A stretch of DNA of 64,000 bases, taken from the NCBI GenBank assembly GCA_964636085.1, contig CAZWPQ010000001.1:32650-96649 (forward strand), given 5' to 3'. Positions within the stretch are counted from its first letter, which is position 1. The number at the start of each line of letters is the position of its first letter. The translations under genes and the position numbers were made by a program. The notes under the pieces were generated by a model. The model searched no databases. It was given only the letters and a program-made list of their open reading frames with translations, and was not told the origin of the DNA. This stretch comes from an uncultured Nitrososphaerota archaeon. GTDB lineage: Archaea; Asgardarchaeota; Njordarchaeia; Njordarchaeales; Panguiarchaeaceae. Below, in pieces: positions 49,227 through 59,589 of the stretch.

Positions 49227-51173
49227 ATGACCGACATACAAAATATAGTGCGGGATAAGGTTGGAACAATATTTGGTAGGGCGGGAGTTACTCAATTCTC
49301 CATGAGGGTTGAGCAGGGAAAATCTATACAAAAGGGACAATTTCTTCTTGTGATGGGTGATGGACGCATATTATTATCCCGCGTCATCGATATTGAGACA
49401 AGAGTCACCGAGACTATTGGTTTCTGTGAAATACTTGGAGAATGCGAAGACTCTAAACTAAAACAGTGCAACAGGCCTGTTAGAGCTGGATATGAGATTT
49501 ATAATCCCTCTGGAGAGTTCCTTAGTAGATTAGTTACAAGAACAACAAGGGAGGAGGGGCTATATATAGGCAAAATTCTCACGCATCCAGATTTCGTACC
49601 AGTCTATTATCGCCCAAAGGATCTCAGAGTCCACGTTCTTGTATCAGCCACAACAGGAGGGGGGAAATCCTACACACTATCAGTTTTTATTGAAGAGCTA
49701 ATTAAGAAAATGAGAAAGAAAAAAAATTTTGCAATAATAATTTTTGATGTCCATGATGAATACTCCGGGCTCGCTGTCCCTAACCAACATGATAAACAGG
49801 TCGAAGCGCTTAAAGAGTATAATTTAGAGCCACAAGGATTTGAAGATGATGTCCTAATATTTGATTGGGAGAATAACCCGCCCTATCTCAGCCCGATCTT
49901 CTCGCCTGATCGTCTCATGTTCATTTTCTCTATGAAAGAGCTAAGACTTGCCCTCCAACTTAAGCAATTAATGGGGGAGAAATCCCAAATGCATATTGAT
50001 GACCTATATAGGCTAGTGGAAATAAGTGATCTACACTTCCAAACAAAGCAGGCCTTGCTCACAAGAATCGGATCGCTAAGAGCCAGTGGATTCCTATCAT
50101 ATAACTATATCAAGCCCTCGGAATACTGCCAGCCTGGAAAAGTAACTATTTTTAGATTAATCGGTACACCACTTGGCGATTTGGGTGTACGTTTCTTCGT
50201 GGCGGATATCGTCCGCCAAGTATTTGAAGACAAAAAAGCTGGGAGAATTCAGCATAATGTGATTCTTGTTGTCGATGAGGCCCACTTATTTGCACCGGCA
50301 AAAGGTAAGGACGATCCAGTTAAGGAAATCCTTATCCGTGTCGCAAGAGAAGGACGCAAAATGGGTGTCTGGTTGATATTAGCTACACAGTCACCCAGAG
50401 ATCTAAGCGATGTTATAATAATTAACTGCTCCACAATAATAGCACTAAAGATGCAACGACATGATGTTTCAAAGCTGAGCCAACTATTTGGAATACCAAA
50501 AAAACTTGTCGAAGTACTTACATCCGTTTCTCCAGGCGAATGCTTTATAAAGGCACCATCATTCACAATACCCCTTATGGTTAAGGTAAGACCAAGACAA
50601 TCATCAGAACTTAAAGCAGAATATGTCAATTATGCACAACTAATAAAGAAAGTCGAAGAAATTGCTAAAAAAACCAGAAATATGATAGCTAAACTAAGAA
50701 AGAAAACCCATCCAGAACCCCCACCGCCCCCATCTCCTCCAATAACCCCAAAACCAATAAGACAGACACCAAAACCTCCTGAGCCCACACCCTCGCGGGT
50801 ATTTGAGGTAAGAAAAAAATATCAACGACCGCCTAGCCGACTACACAGAGAGACCGCTAAAATAAGAAGGGACGAAGAGGCTCTTGACTTCGTAGTTGGT
50901 ATATTGGCAGATCAAATAAAAGGCCATGATTACGCTGCACTTGGTTTAATACGAGCAATTCTTACCTATGGGGCCCTGGATATTGTTGAGGCCCTTCATT
51001 ATGCGTCGGAGGATGTTATCGATTCGCTGATAGCTGACGATATAATAAGAATCACAGATTCAAAAATTGTGCTAAATCTAGATAAAAGAATAGAGGAGTA
51101 TACTGGAAAGCGTGCCTCGGATTATCTAATAGAGCTGGCAAAAAGAAAACTTTGGGATCTATTAAAGACCTAA
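49227..51173 (+). CDS. HerA/FtsK-family ATPase with Pro-rich linker and C-terminal domain
   Basis: HAS-barrel-like N-terminus, ATTGGGKS, DVHDEY, VDEAH.FAP, AREGRK.G, ATQSP. Confidence 0.88.
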   Translation: MTDIQNIVRDKVGTIFGRAGVTQFSMRVEQGKSIQKGQFLLVMGDGRILLSRVIDIETRVTETIGFCEILGECEDSKLKQCNRPVRAGYEIYNPSGEFLSRLVTRTTREEGLYIGKILTHPDFVPVYYRPKDLRVHVLVSATTGGGKSYTLSVFIEELIKKMRKKKNFAIIIFDVHDEYSGLAVPNQHDKQVEALKEYNLEPQGFEDDVLIFDWENNPPYLSPIFSPDRLMFIFSMKELRLALQLKQLMGEKSQMHIDDLYRLVEISDLHFQTKQALLTRIGSLRASGFLSYNYIKPSEYCQPGKVTIFRLIGTPLGDLGVRFFVADIVRQVFEDKKAGRIQHNVILVVDEAHLFAPAKGKDDPVKEILIRVAREGRKMGVWLILATQSPRDLSDVIIINCSTIIALKMQRHDVSKLSQLFGIPKKLVEVLTSVSPGECFIKAPSFTIPLMVKVRPRQSSELKAEYVNYAQLIKKVEEIAKKTRNMIAKLRKKTHPEPPPPPSPPITPKPIRQTPKPPEPTPSRVFEVRKKYQRPPSRLHRETAKIRRDEEALDFVVGILADQIKGHDYAALGLIRAILTYGALDIVEALHYASEDVIDSLIADDIIRITDSKIVLNLDKRIEEYTGKRASDYLIELAKRKLWDLLKT

Positions 51174-51430
51174 TATGCTGTTCCCTCCAGTTTTATCTTA
51201 ATGTTTGATGGTGCTATAATTATAAACTCCGCCCCGACCCCAAGAACATTCAGTCTTAACTTATTACCAGCCTCTAAGATTCTCTTAACTACCTCTCTTC
51301 TAACACTTCTACTTTTGAAAGCAGAAAAACTTGCTACTATCACATTTCCTTTTCTGACTTCACTTAATATTCTAATAAGATCCCTGTGTGTCGAGACCTT
51401 TATAGCTACTATCTTCATGCCTCCTTCCAT
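51170..51430 (-). CDS. sepF: SepF-like cell division protein (core domain only)
   Basis: RDL..I..EVRKGNVIV...IIIAPSNIKI. Confidence 0.72.
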   Translation of the reverse strand: MEGGMKIVAIKVSTHRDLIRILSEVRKGNVIVASFSAFKSRSVRREVVKRILEAGNKLRLNVLGVGAEFIIIAPSNIKIKLEGTAY

Positions 51431-51509
51431 AAATCCCCCAATTATTTTTTTAAGTTAATGATTATAAACCAAGATAATATCTGTAGAATATCATGCTGGT
51501 GCAATAGCA

Positions 51510-52217
51510 TTGCGACTCAAAATACTAAAGCAACCATCTCAAAGACAAGACTGTATTGTAGGTATAGACGAGGCGGGGAGAGGGCCCGTCATTGGTCCAA
51601 TGGTAATTGCTGGTGTTGCTGCTAACGAAGAAACAATCAAAGAGTTAGAGGCCATAGGAGTCGCTGATTCTAAGACAATCGCACCAACAAAGAGAAGTGA
51701 ACTATTTGATAAGATATTATCCATGGTGGATGGCGCAGCTGTTGTTTATGTGGAACCAAAAACAATGGATCGTTGGGTTCAAAGAAAGGGACTAAATGTT
51801 CTAGAAGCAAAAGCTATGGCTACAATAATGACAATGTTTAGGCATGCAAAATTATATATATTGGATACTCCATCATCCCCAAGAAAATTTAGGGAATATG
51901 TAACAAAATTCTCTAATATAGAGCCAAGTAGAATACTATTTGAACCAAAGGCCGATATGAAATATACTATAGTTGCGGCGGCCAGCATTATTGCTAAGGT
52001 ACTGAGAGACGCCGAGATTACCGAGATTAAAAGACAAACTGGAGTCGATTTTGGAAGCGGATACCCATCAGACCCCAAAACCATTCAACAACTAGAAACA
52101 ATATTAAGAATACGGCCCGAGGTAGTAAGAAAAAGCTGGAAAACAACAAAAAAAGTCTCAAATAAAAAGCTTGACGAATTCATCAACCCAACTAATAAAC
52201 CAAGAGGTGATTCTTAG
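51510..52217 (+). CDS. rnhB: Ribonuclease HII
   Basis: GIDEAGRGP, DSK, KAD, AASIIAKV.RD, GSGYPSDP, C-terminal PIP-like KLDEF. Confidence 0.96.
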   Translation: MRLKILKQPSQRQDCIVGIDEAGRGPVIGPMVIAGVAANEETIKELEAIGVADSKTIAPTKRSELFDKILSMVDGAAVVYVEPKTMDRWVQRKGLNVLEAKAMATIMTMFRHAKLYILDTPSSPRKFREYVTKFSNIEPSRILFEPKADMKYTIVAAASIIAKVLRDAEITEIKRQTGVDFGSGYPSDPKTIQQLETILRIRPEVVRKSWKTTKKVSNKKLDEFINPTNKPRGDS

Positions 52218-52413
52218 CTAACTTGGACTTAAATTTCTCCATTTCTATGATCGTACAAAGTAAAAGAAGTTTACATCTACCCTCAAATACAAACTCTCTC
52301 GATCTAAAATCATAAAAAAGCGCCCCACGCCCATCTACACACCTGCAGACCTGTTCGCGTGATACTATAGCTATTTTTGCGCCTCCACGAACTATAAATT
52401 TTTCCTCTTCCAT
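52192..52413 (-). CDS. Small hypothetical protein (possible degenerate SWIM-like CxC...C)
   Basis: AGGTGG RBS; CRC...CKL. Confidence 0.4.
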   Translation of the reverse strand: MEEEKFIVRGGAKIAIVSREQVCRCVDGRGALFYDFRSREFVFEGRCKLLLLCTIIEMEKFKSKLAKNHLLVY

Positions 52414-52531
52414 TTGGCCACCTATACAAATCACCACACATAATCATGATATCCTATATTAAAATGAGTAATACATGTGTATTACCATTCATTTCATTGA
52501 AAAAGAGGGTATATGAAAAGTAAAAACAATT

Positions 52532-52843
52532 TCAACGTTTAGAGGTAAATTTAATGCCCATAGGCCTTATATGCTCTGGTCTAGCAATGATTTTCTTATA
52601 TTTGCCTCCATCCCTGACTAGTATAACATAGGCTTTGCCTCTTTTCTCAATGATCTCCCCTACCTTCCCATGAAACCTTTTATAGGGCATGCCCTTATGT
52701 ATGCTTGGATCAATCTTTATTACTACCTTCTCGCCTATACCGTACTGGTATAGGATTGCAGACATCGGAGGTAGTCCCCGCTCCTTGCATCTCTTGGATA
52801 GTAACTTTCTTGTGCGTGACCGTGGACCTTTAGAGTGCCTCAT
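52532..52843 (-). CDS. rpl21e: Ribosomal protein L21e
   Basis: SKGPRSRTR, HKGMP..RFHG, DGGK.K, RPEH. Confidence 0.96.
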   Translation of the reverse strand: MRHSKGPRSRTRKLLSKRCKERGLPPMSAILYQYGIGEKVVIKIDPSIHKGMPYKRFHGKVGEIIEKRGKAYVILVRDGGKYKKIIARPEHIRPMGIKFTSKR

Positions 52844-53352
52844 TGTTTGCTCACCATTCTATATGCTTCGATTAGGTCCATATCTTCATCCTTAATTATT
52901 GTTTTTAAAATCTTGTACATCAGTTCTCGCTTTATAGCAAATAGCTTTGTTATATCTTTTAGTAGTATAGCAATCAAATCATGTACTCCCCTATCTTCAT
53001 CAACATTGACAACGGAGGGCATTTTGTCCACAAAGAAAGTCATGTCAAGACTTCCCTTCTTAAAAACTATGACGCCTCGCTCTCTTAATAGTTTCGAAAT
53101 GACCTCTTGGGAGTCGTCATCCACGGGGTCAAGAAAGGCTATATAGTCGACTGAACCACTCGAAATTTCAGGGGGAGGTGATACTTTCGACACGCTGAAA
53201 ATATATACTCCTATTTCCTTTTTGTTAGAAGCCTCCAAATAAACTTTTTGTAATCTACCACTAAGCTTTGTTAGTTTTAAGACCTCGAAAAAAATTTCTC
53301 GTATTAATTCCATAATTTTATCGTTAGCTACAATTGCGAAGCAATACTCCAT
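52840..53352 (-). CDS. Degenerate IorB/POR-gamma-like protein
   Basis: SPPPEISSGSVDYIAFLDP resembles the IorB core; follows an IorA-like gene. Confidence 0.45.
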   Translation of the reverse strand: MEYCFAIVANDKIMELIREIFFEVLKLTKLSGRLQKVYLEASNKKEIGVYIFSVSKVSPPPEISSGSVDYIAFLDPVDDDSQEVISKLLRERGVIVFKKGSLDMTFFVDKMPSVVNVDEDRGVHDLIAILLKDITKLFAIKRELMYKILKTIIKDEDMDLIEAYRMVSKQ

Positions 53353-53361
53353 CCTTAGTCC

Positions 53362-54720
53362 CTATACAAAAACTACTATTAATTTCCTTTTTTTGACTGC
53401 CTTTTTAATTTCTTCCTCATAGTCATCGCTTATTATCTGTGCCCTTGACCCTATTACTTCTGATATACTCTTTTCGATTGGCCTATAGCTCCCCTCAGGG
53501 ACAAACTCTGTCGAAAGAACAAAAATAATTTTTGCCTCAAGACCCATAAATTCCTGTATTGATTCTCCTAACTCTGCAAATTGGGATATATGAGAGACAA
53601 CAATTAATGTTCTCTTCCCAGAATCCACTAGTTTTGTATATAGATCCATAAAATCATCCACATATTCTGCACTTGAATCAATCTCTATTGGCTTAACAAC
53701 AATAACCTCGGCCTCATGCAATATTTCTTTTACGATGCTTACAGCCTCGCTAGCCCTACCGCTATATATTTTGACCTCACTTCTCAGTTTCACTCCTTCG
53801 ACAGCTTCATAATACCCTCTACCCAGAACATTCATTATCTGATTATACAGGATATCGCCTAGACTTGGAGTAGAAGATTCTAATGCTTCTATATTCGTAA
53901 TGTTCGGTATCCTGTTCAGTTCACCCCTCTCTATAAGCTCTTGAGATATCATTCTCAGATAACTCGATACAAGACCACTCAAGCTTATAATGTTGTTATG
54001 TTTAAGCATTATGTTTCTGAGATAACGACGGATCCTATTATTTAATTCTACAATACCATAAATCGTAAGATCTTTCTGCATATTCGCCCTACTAACAATA
54101 TCAAGCACATAATTGATACACGAACCTATACCAATAATTGCTGTTTTCCCCGAACCTACGCACAAGTTAAACGACAATTCGTTTGATGAGACGCCACGCT
54201 CGATGGACGCGAAATCTATTTCCTCCTCAAATATCTCTAGATTAATTATATCGGGCTCACAAACCGATACAATTACAGGTCTTTGTCTACCAGAGAAAAC
54301 CTTAGTTGCTAAGGCAACCATCGTCGGGAAATTTGGAGGAAGATATATGGGGAGGTTCTTATCAATAGCCAGCTTTATTAATGTATTGAGGGCTTCTCTG
54401 CTTCCACACAATATATTTAGATATATGTTCTTGTTCTCATTTTGCTCTAAAATGGGTACCATCTTCTCTACAATGTAGAATATATTGTAGACATTGTGTT
54501 TCTCTGCAGACATAATCGCTATAGAGTCGCCTTCCGACTTCATTATACGTACAAACATCGCATAGGGATTTGGAACATATATTTTTCTTATTTTTCCTAG
54601 CATGATCCTGTTGGATATTTTGAGGGATATTGGATCCATATTTACATAAAATACTTCAACCCCATAGCGAGAAGCTATGCGTTCTAGCATACTTGGAACT
54701 GACTGCCTATCCTTACCCAA
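53362..54720 (-). CDS. Degenerate IorA-like (2-oxoacid oxidoreductase alpha fold) protein
   Basis: LPIYLP...RPVIV and KTAIIGIGSCINYV resemble IorA segments; TPP and Fe-S motifs absent. Confidence 0.45.
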   Translation of the reverse strand: MGKDRQSVPSMLERIASRYGVEVFYVNMDPISLKISNRIMLGKIRKIYVPNPYAMFVRIMKSEGDSIAIMSAEKHNVYNIFYIVEKMVPILEQNENKNIYLNILCGSREALNTLIKLAIDKNLPIYLPPNFPTMVALATKVFSGRQRPVIVSVCEPDIINLEIFEEEIDFASIERGVSSNELSFNLCVGSGKTAIIGIGSCINYVLDIVSRANMQKDLTIYGIVELNNRIRRYLRNIMLKHNNIISLSGLVSSYLRMISQELIERGELNRIPNITNIEALESSTPSLGDILYNQIMNVLGRGYYEAVEGVKLRSEVKIYSGRASEAVSIVKEILHEAEVIVVKPIEIDSSAEYVDDFMDLYTKLVDSGKRTLIVVSHISQFAELGESIQEFMGLEAKIIFVLSTEFVPEGSYRPIEKSISEVIGSRAQIISDDYEEEIKKAVKKRKLIVVFV

Positions 54721-54781
54721 AATTTAGCACCCATAAATAAATTTATTCCCAAAAATTAAAAACAATGATACACAGGCCTCA

Positions 54782-55678
54782 TCACGTTAGAATCTCCGCA
54801 GAGTTTGTTTTCACGAGAATTGTATGCTCAAACTGAGAAACCCATCTTCTCTCAGACTCTATGAGCGTCGGATATGCCCTTATCCTTCCTTCATAAAATT
54901 TTTCAATTAATACCCTCTCAAGTCTCTCTCTAAATATGGGGTCCATTCTTGCTTTGCCTATCCACCTTAACGTAAATGGTAGCTTGTCAAACATTTTATA
55001 TAGGGTCTCTAAGATCCTATCCCCTTGGTGATTGCGTATGGAGAATATAAACACTCTTGTCATATCTGGATTCGTTGAACTATCCTTACCTACTGGAATC
55101 AAAAATGGCTCTATTGCTATAATCATATTTTCCTTGAGTTTTGGCGAGAACATACGTGGAACATTAGGAATTGTTATTCCCGAGTGTAGATTCCACTTAT
55201 CTATTGAGTGCCCACCTAGGTCAGCTAGAACCCCAAACCCCCTGTCATGGGCAATTTTCCAAATAAGCTCCCCGATGAACCCCACTCTTACACCAGCCTT
55301 TACATGTTCAATAGCTACACTTAATGCTTCTTTCGTAGCACGTATTAATTCCACTAATTTCTTATCAATACCTATGCCTACTGTTATTGCTGTATCTGCT
55401 ATGGCTCCGTCATCCATAAGTACTCCTAGATCCACCTTTACCAATGCTTTGTTTGGTATTGTAGTCCTGTCGCCGGGAGGCGATGTATAATGCGCAGCAA
55501 CTTCGTTTATACTAATGTTTGCAGGGAAGGCAGGTCTGGCGCCTTCATCCCTTATCATCTGCTCTATTTTTTCACATAATTCCAATACTTTTTTGCCGGG
55601 CCTAATTTCCTTTTCAATGCTTGATAAAATTTTATGGGCTATCTCACCAGCCTTGTACCAGGTCTCAGAAACACTCAT
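54782..55678 (-). CDS. map: Type II methionine aminopeptidase
   Basis: AFP.NIS.NEVAAHYT, KVDLG, ADTA, GHSI, LH.G, AIEPF, QFEHT. Confidence 0.96.
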   Translation of the reverse strand: MSVSETWYKAGEIAHKILSSIEKEIRPGKKVLELCEKIEQMIRDEGARPAFPANISINEVAAHYTSPPGDRTTIPNKALVKVDLGVLMDDGAIADTAITVGIGIDKKLVELIRATKEALSVAIEHVKAGVRVGFIGELIWKIAHDRGFGVLADLGGHSIDKWNLHSGITIPNVPRMFSPKLKENMIIAIEPFLIPVGKDSSTNPDMTRVFIFSIRNHQGDRILETLYKMFDKLPFTLRWIGKARMDPIFRERLERVLIEKFYEGRIRAYPTLIESERRWVSQFEHTILVKTNSAEILT

Positions 55679-56706
55679 AGGGATTCATCCAGTATTAATA
55701 ATTCCTTTATTTCAGTGGGGGCCAAGCCATAATATATGGATTCCGCTATAGCCTTTAGGTTTCTGTACTCAAATTCGAAAAGCCTAATGATTCCATATAC
55801 ATATGTGAAATGTATTGGAAATTTGTGTAACATTGCAAGAATCTTGCGCATAATAATCCTCCCACCTAAACTCTTTGCTTTTATGTCAGACCCAACAAGG
55901 TAATACTCGGCCACGTCCTTATAGGGTTCAGGCACCATTTTCATAATGACCTCAGTTTCTAGACCATAGGCTTTCTTAAGGCTCTCCAAACTAACCTTGT
56001 ACTCGTAAGGAATCAACATATCCCACGCAATACTGGGCGAGTATCCATAGAGCAGTGGTCCAATAGCTATCGCGATGTTTGTAATATCTATCTCGGTACC
56101 AATAATTTCGCCCAGACTATCCCTATCCTCTTCTTCTAAATGTTCAAGGGCTCTAATATACTTGATATAATACTGTCTACGTAATGCCATCTCTATTATG
56201 TATATGGTTCTATACTTTTTCCACAAGTCGATATATGCCTTATCTATGTTAAATGGAGGATAAGCTAACTGGTCAACACAAGCATCTACTGTTTCTGCTT
56301 TTAGAAACCTTCCTATGTCCACTTTTGTAAAGGGAAGAACATAATAATCCCGCGACTTATGCTCTATCCCCGCCATTTTCTCCGAGATTACCTCTAAGAC
56401 GCCATCAATATCGAATCGAAATAGGTGGGTTTCCATTAGGTCTCTAGCATTACCTGGCAGAACTTTAATAAACCGTTCTGCGATATCAGAAAAATAACTT
56501 TTGAAGCCATTAACTAGGCTCTCTAATGTTACTTCTGCCAGCTGAACCATATAGTCCCTATACCGTGTCAATTGTAGAAAACCGACCAGTTCCTCCAAAG
56601 ACTTGGAATTTATTAAGTCTCTCTTTATTGTCTCGAGGGGTATTAAGTATGTTCTATATGCATGGGCTCTCGTAGAGGCATATACTATATCTATCTCATG
56701 CATCAC
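55675..56706 (-). CDS. atpC: A/V-type ATPase subunit C (d)
   Basis: YASTRAHA, RFDI, EIDITNI, E.RNL..I. Confidence 0.85.
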   Translation of the reverse strand: MMHEIDIVYASTRAHAYRTYLIPLETIKRDLINSKSLEELVGFLQLTRYRDYMVQLAEVTLESLVNGFKSYFSDIAERFIKVLPGNARDLMETHLFRFDIDGVLEVISEKMAGIEHKSRDYYVLPFTKVDIGRFLKAETVDACVDQLAYPPFNIDKAYIDLWKKYRTIYIIEMALRRQYYIKYIRALEHLEEEDRDSLGEIIGTEIDITNIAIAIGPLLYGYSPSIAWDMLIPYEYKVSLESLKKAYGLETEVIMKMVPEPYKDVAEYYLVGSDIKAKSLGGRIIMRKILAMLHKFPIHFTYVYGIIRLFEFEYRNLKAIAESIYYGLAPTEIKELLILDESL

Positions 56707-57314
56707 AATCCCTCCCCAACACCAGTAATTAGCACCCTCAAGGAAGATAACTCCGCAATGAAAAATTCAGACAACATAGACAACACATAAGATATTTTTT
56801 CCTTTAAGCTAGGTATAACCACCTTATCCAACGTATTAACTATCCTATTAGTGACTTCAAGCTCCCTCAACAACAACTCTATCTTCACAAAAATCGAGGC
56901 CAATCTCAGAATATCTGGAATAGACAATTTCAGCTTCTTCGCCAATGCTCTAATACCCTCTGGAAACCTATCCTTGAGCTCTGGAAACTCTTCTACCTCA
57001 AATACAGGAACTAGAATACCTCTCTCCGAAATGTATCTTACGGATATTTTCAGCTTTCCTTTTTGGATCAATGCATAAATTCTCAAACTCCTACCGTAGA
57101 CTATAGCTGTCGCCAGTACAAACTTCATCAGCTCTATCAATTCTCTCTTTAGGAATAAAATTACCTCTTTCATCTCCTCAATAGTCTTTTTAATCGCACT
57201 TTGAAGGGAGTCCCTCTTCTTCTCAAGAATTCTCTTAGAGAAATCAACTAGCCTAAGTTTTTTCCTTAGTTCCAATAAGAAAATTTTTGTAGGGAGTACA
57301 TACTCAGAGCTCAT
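56703..57314 (-). CDS. atpD: A/V-type ATPase subunit D
   Basis: PTK..L, LEKKRD.L, TNRIVNTLDKVVIP. Confidence 0.88.
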   Translation of the reverse strand: MSSEYVLPTKIFLLELRKKLRLVDFSKRILEKKRDSLQSAIKKTIEEMKEVILFLKRELIELMKFVLATAIVYGRSLRIYALIQKGKLKISVRYISERGILVPVFEVEEFPELKDRFPEGIRALAKKLKLSIPDILRLASIFVKIELLLRELEVTNRIVNTLDKVVIPSLKEKISYVLSMLSEFFIAELSSLRVLITGVGEGL

Positions 57315-57315
57315 A

Positions 57316-57525
57316 CTACCTTCTCCCCCACCCAAAAATAATTACCGCTAGAACCAATGGCAACACGGAAGCTATCATCACCCCAACAATAATCACCAAG
57401 ATAGGATTCAACCTTATTTTTGTCATGAGTATTAGGTATATTCCTAACACCTGTATGGAAACTAATAATAGGAAATATGTGATGGCCAGTCTTATGTTCC
57501 TTCTCTTGTATTCTTCCTCCTCCAT
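57316..57525 (-). CDS. Small 2-TM protein within the ATPase unit
   Basis: 69 aa, two hydrophobic helices, between atpI and atpD. Confidence 0.6.
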   Translation of the reverse strand: MEEEEYKRRNIRLAITYFLLLVSIQVLGIYLILMTKIRLNPILVIIVGVMIASVLPLVLAVIIFGWGRR

Positions 57526-57571
57526 AGATCCATAATTCCATGCTAATGCGAACTGCATGCCTATCCTTTCT

Positions 57572-59500
57572 TCATAACCTAAATGGTCTGAAGGCCCTGC
57601 CCCTACCAATATACCACTTAGTCGAGAATTCATAGAATAGCAACCTCAGAGCCTGTAATGATACAACCAATAACTCTAGTGTCAATACTAGAAAATTCAT
57701 ACCCAACAACATTCCATAATAGACCACTGTACCCATATTTTTCATTACCTCCACTACCAGTGCGAACGCTGCATGACCTATCAAGAAACCAGCTAGCCTA
57801 GTAAATGATAGTGTATTTGCGATCATAGATAGTAACATTTCTATAAGAGAAGGCAATTTATCACCCAAATTCTTCTCGATTATTCCTCCAACCAAAAATA
57901 GTACTATGCCCGCCAACAATACGTAAAAAGGCCAACTATCAACCAGCGCGAGAGGATTAAATACCGCCATTCCCTTCCTAGGAAATACTAAGGAAACTTT
58001 TATACCAGCAATCTCAAATGGACGCAGAAGCGTAATCCCTATGAAATATAGACCAGTCAAAATAAGTCCTAGGTACATAGCTAGTCCTGGGATGCCCCAT
58101 TCTCCAAATATTGCCTCTTTGTATTCTCCATGTTTTATACTCCGATACATAAATAGGAAACATGCCAACACAATTTCTATAATCCCTATCAACAGCGCGT
58201 ACTTTATCACCCAAGATACACTGGCTCTATCCTCCAGCCAATGTTCAACAAGACCAGGCATAAGCGGAGGATATATTTCTACAAGGAAAAACTCGCCGTA
58301 TAGCAATCCAAAAAACGTTGATGATAACCCTACCGTTATGAATAGATTGCCAAGCTTTTTACCAGAGAAACCAAAAACTTCTCTTTTCCTATAGAATATA
58401 ATACCCATCAATATTATCGCTAGACCTTGTCCAATATCAGGGAACATGAATCCAAACATAAATGCCCACATAATGCCTGCAAGGAACCATGGGAAGATAT
58501 CCTCTCTCGTAGGATAGCCCATCTGTAAGAACAAAGATTGCCATGATGGCACAACTTTTCCTGGCTTTATAGGAGTAGGTGTTTCTTCTCTTCTCCCCGG
58601 TTTTTCCTTTAATATTGAGACTGTAATCCCCTTAAGCTTCTTAATCGCCTCCTCTAGGTGAATAATTTTGTCTTCAGGTACCCAACATTGGAGAAATGCT
58701 ATATATTCTCCTTTCAATGAGTAGGTCCTAGCTTTTAGGAACTTATTGAGAATCAATGCCTTCCTGTATAGCCTTGCAAGCTTTATCGTAGCGTCTTTTA
58801 TTATCCTATCACGTTGGTTTTTGATCCTTTTAGTTGTTGACTCCAATTCCAAAATTCTGTTCCTTACTGCCTCTATTATTGAGGTTTTATCTGTTTCAAG
58901 TTTGGGTATATCTATCACTCTATAATCTATTTTCGAGATAATCAGCCTAATAATATTCCATATTTCATCGTTCTTAACCGACATGTAGAAGATAGTATTA
59001 TCGCCGTAGGAAGCAACAATGTACTCTACACCTATGTTATCAAGCATGGCTTTTATATAGTCCTCATTCAATCTATCAACCATAATGGCTTTTCCTCCCT
59101 CCCTATATATACTCTCCGCCTTCGGAGATGCACGAAGTATACATTCAAAAATGCGAAGATTCTCCAATTCTTTCGTCAGCGTAGCCAATGCGGCTATCTC
59201 TGATAAGCTCTTTTCCAAATTATTATACTCGCCTAGTAGTTCCTCATATCTATATCTTCTTATCTCAACTTCCCTAGAAACATCACTAACATATTTTTTA
59301 AGATCAATACCAAATTTTCCAGCCAATTTCTCCATCTTATCTATCAGCAGTATAACATATCGTGTTTCCTCTGGAACCTCCCTTCTGAACCCCATGACTT
59401 CTTCTGGTACAATGAACTCCACACATCCTAATTTACCTATTAGCAATATTAAATCCTCCTCATACTCCTTGGGATACATTATCGTTAATTTTTTAAGCAC
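57572..59500 (-). CDS. atpI: A/V-type ATPase subunit I (a)
   Basis: WVP, FGFMFPDIGQG, NTLSFTRL (essential Arg), LQALRL.FYEF. Confidence 0.95.
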   Translation of the reverse strand: MLKKLTIMYPKEYEEDLILLIGKLGCVEFIVPEEVMGFRREVPEETRYVILLIDKMEKLAGKFGIDLKKYVSDVSREVEIRRYRYEELLGEYNNLEKSLSEIAALATLTKELENLRIFECILRASPKAESIYREGGKAIMVDRLNEDYIKAMLDNIGVEYIVASYGDNTIFYMSVKNDEIWNIIRLIISKIDYRVIDIPKLETDKTSIIEAVRNRILELESTTKRIKNQRDRIIKDATIKLARLYRKALILNKFLKARTYSLKGEYIAFLQCWVPEDKIIHLEEAIKKLKGITVSILKEKPGRREETPTPIKPGKVVPSWQSLFLQMGYPTREDIFPWFLAGIMWAFMFGFMFPDIGQGLAIILMGIIFYRKREVFGFSGKKLGNLFITVGLSSTFFGLLYGEFFLVEIYPPLMPGLVEHWLEDRASVSWVIKYALLIGIIEIVLACFLFMYRSIKHGEYKEAIFGEWGIPGLAMYLGLILTGLYFIGITLLRPFEIAGIKVSLVFPRKGMAVFNPLALVDSWPFYVLLAGIVLFLVGGIIEKNLGDKLPSLIEMLLSMIANTLSFTRLAGFLIGHAAFALVVEVMKNMGTVVYYGMLLGMNFLVLTLELLVVSLQALRLLFYEFSTKWYIGRGRAFRPFRL

Positions 59501-59589
59501 CCCAATATCCCTCCTAGTAACTTAATTCTCCCATCTATATACAAAACATATTTTATAACCCGTTTAACTATATATTGCGAGGGATCAGA

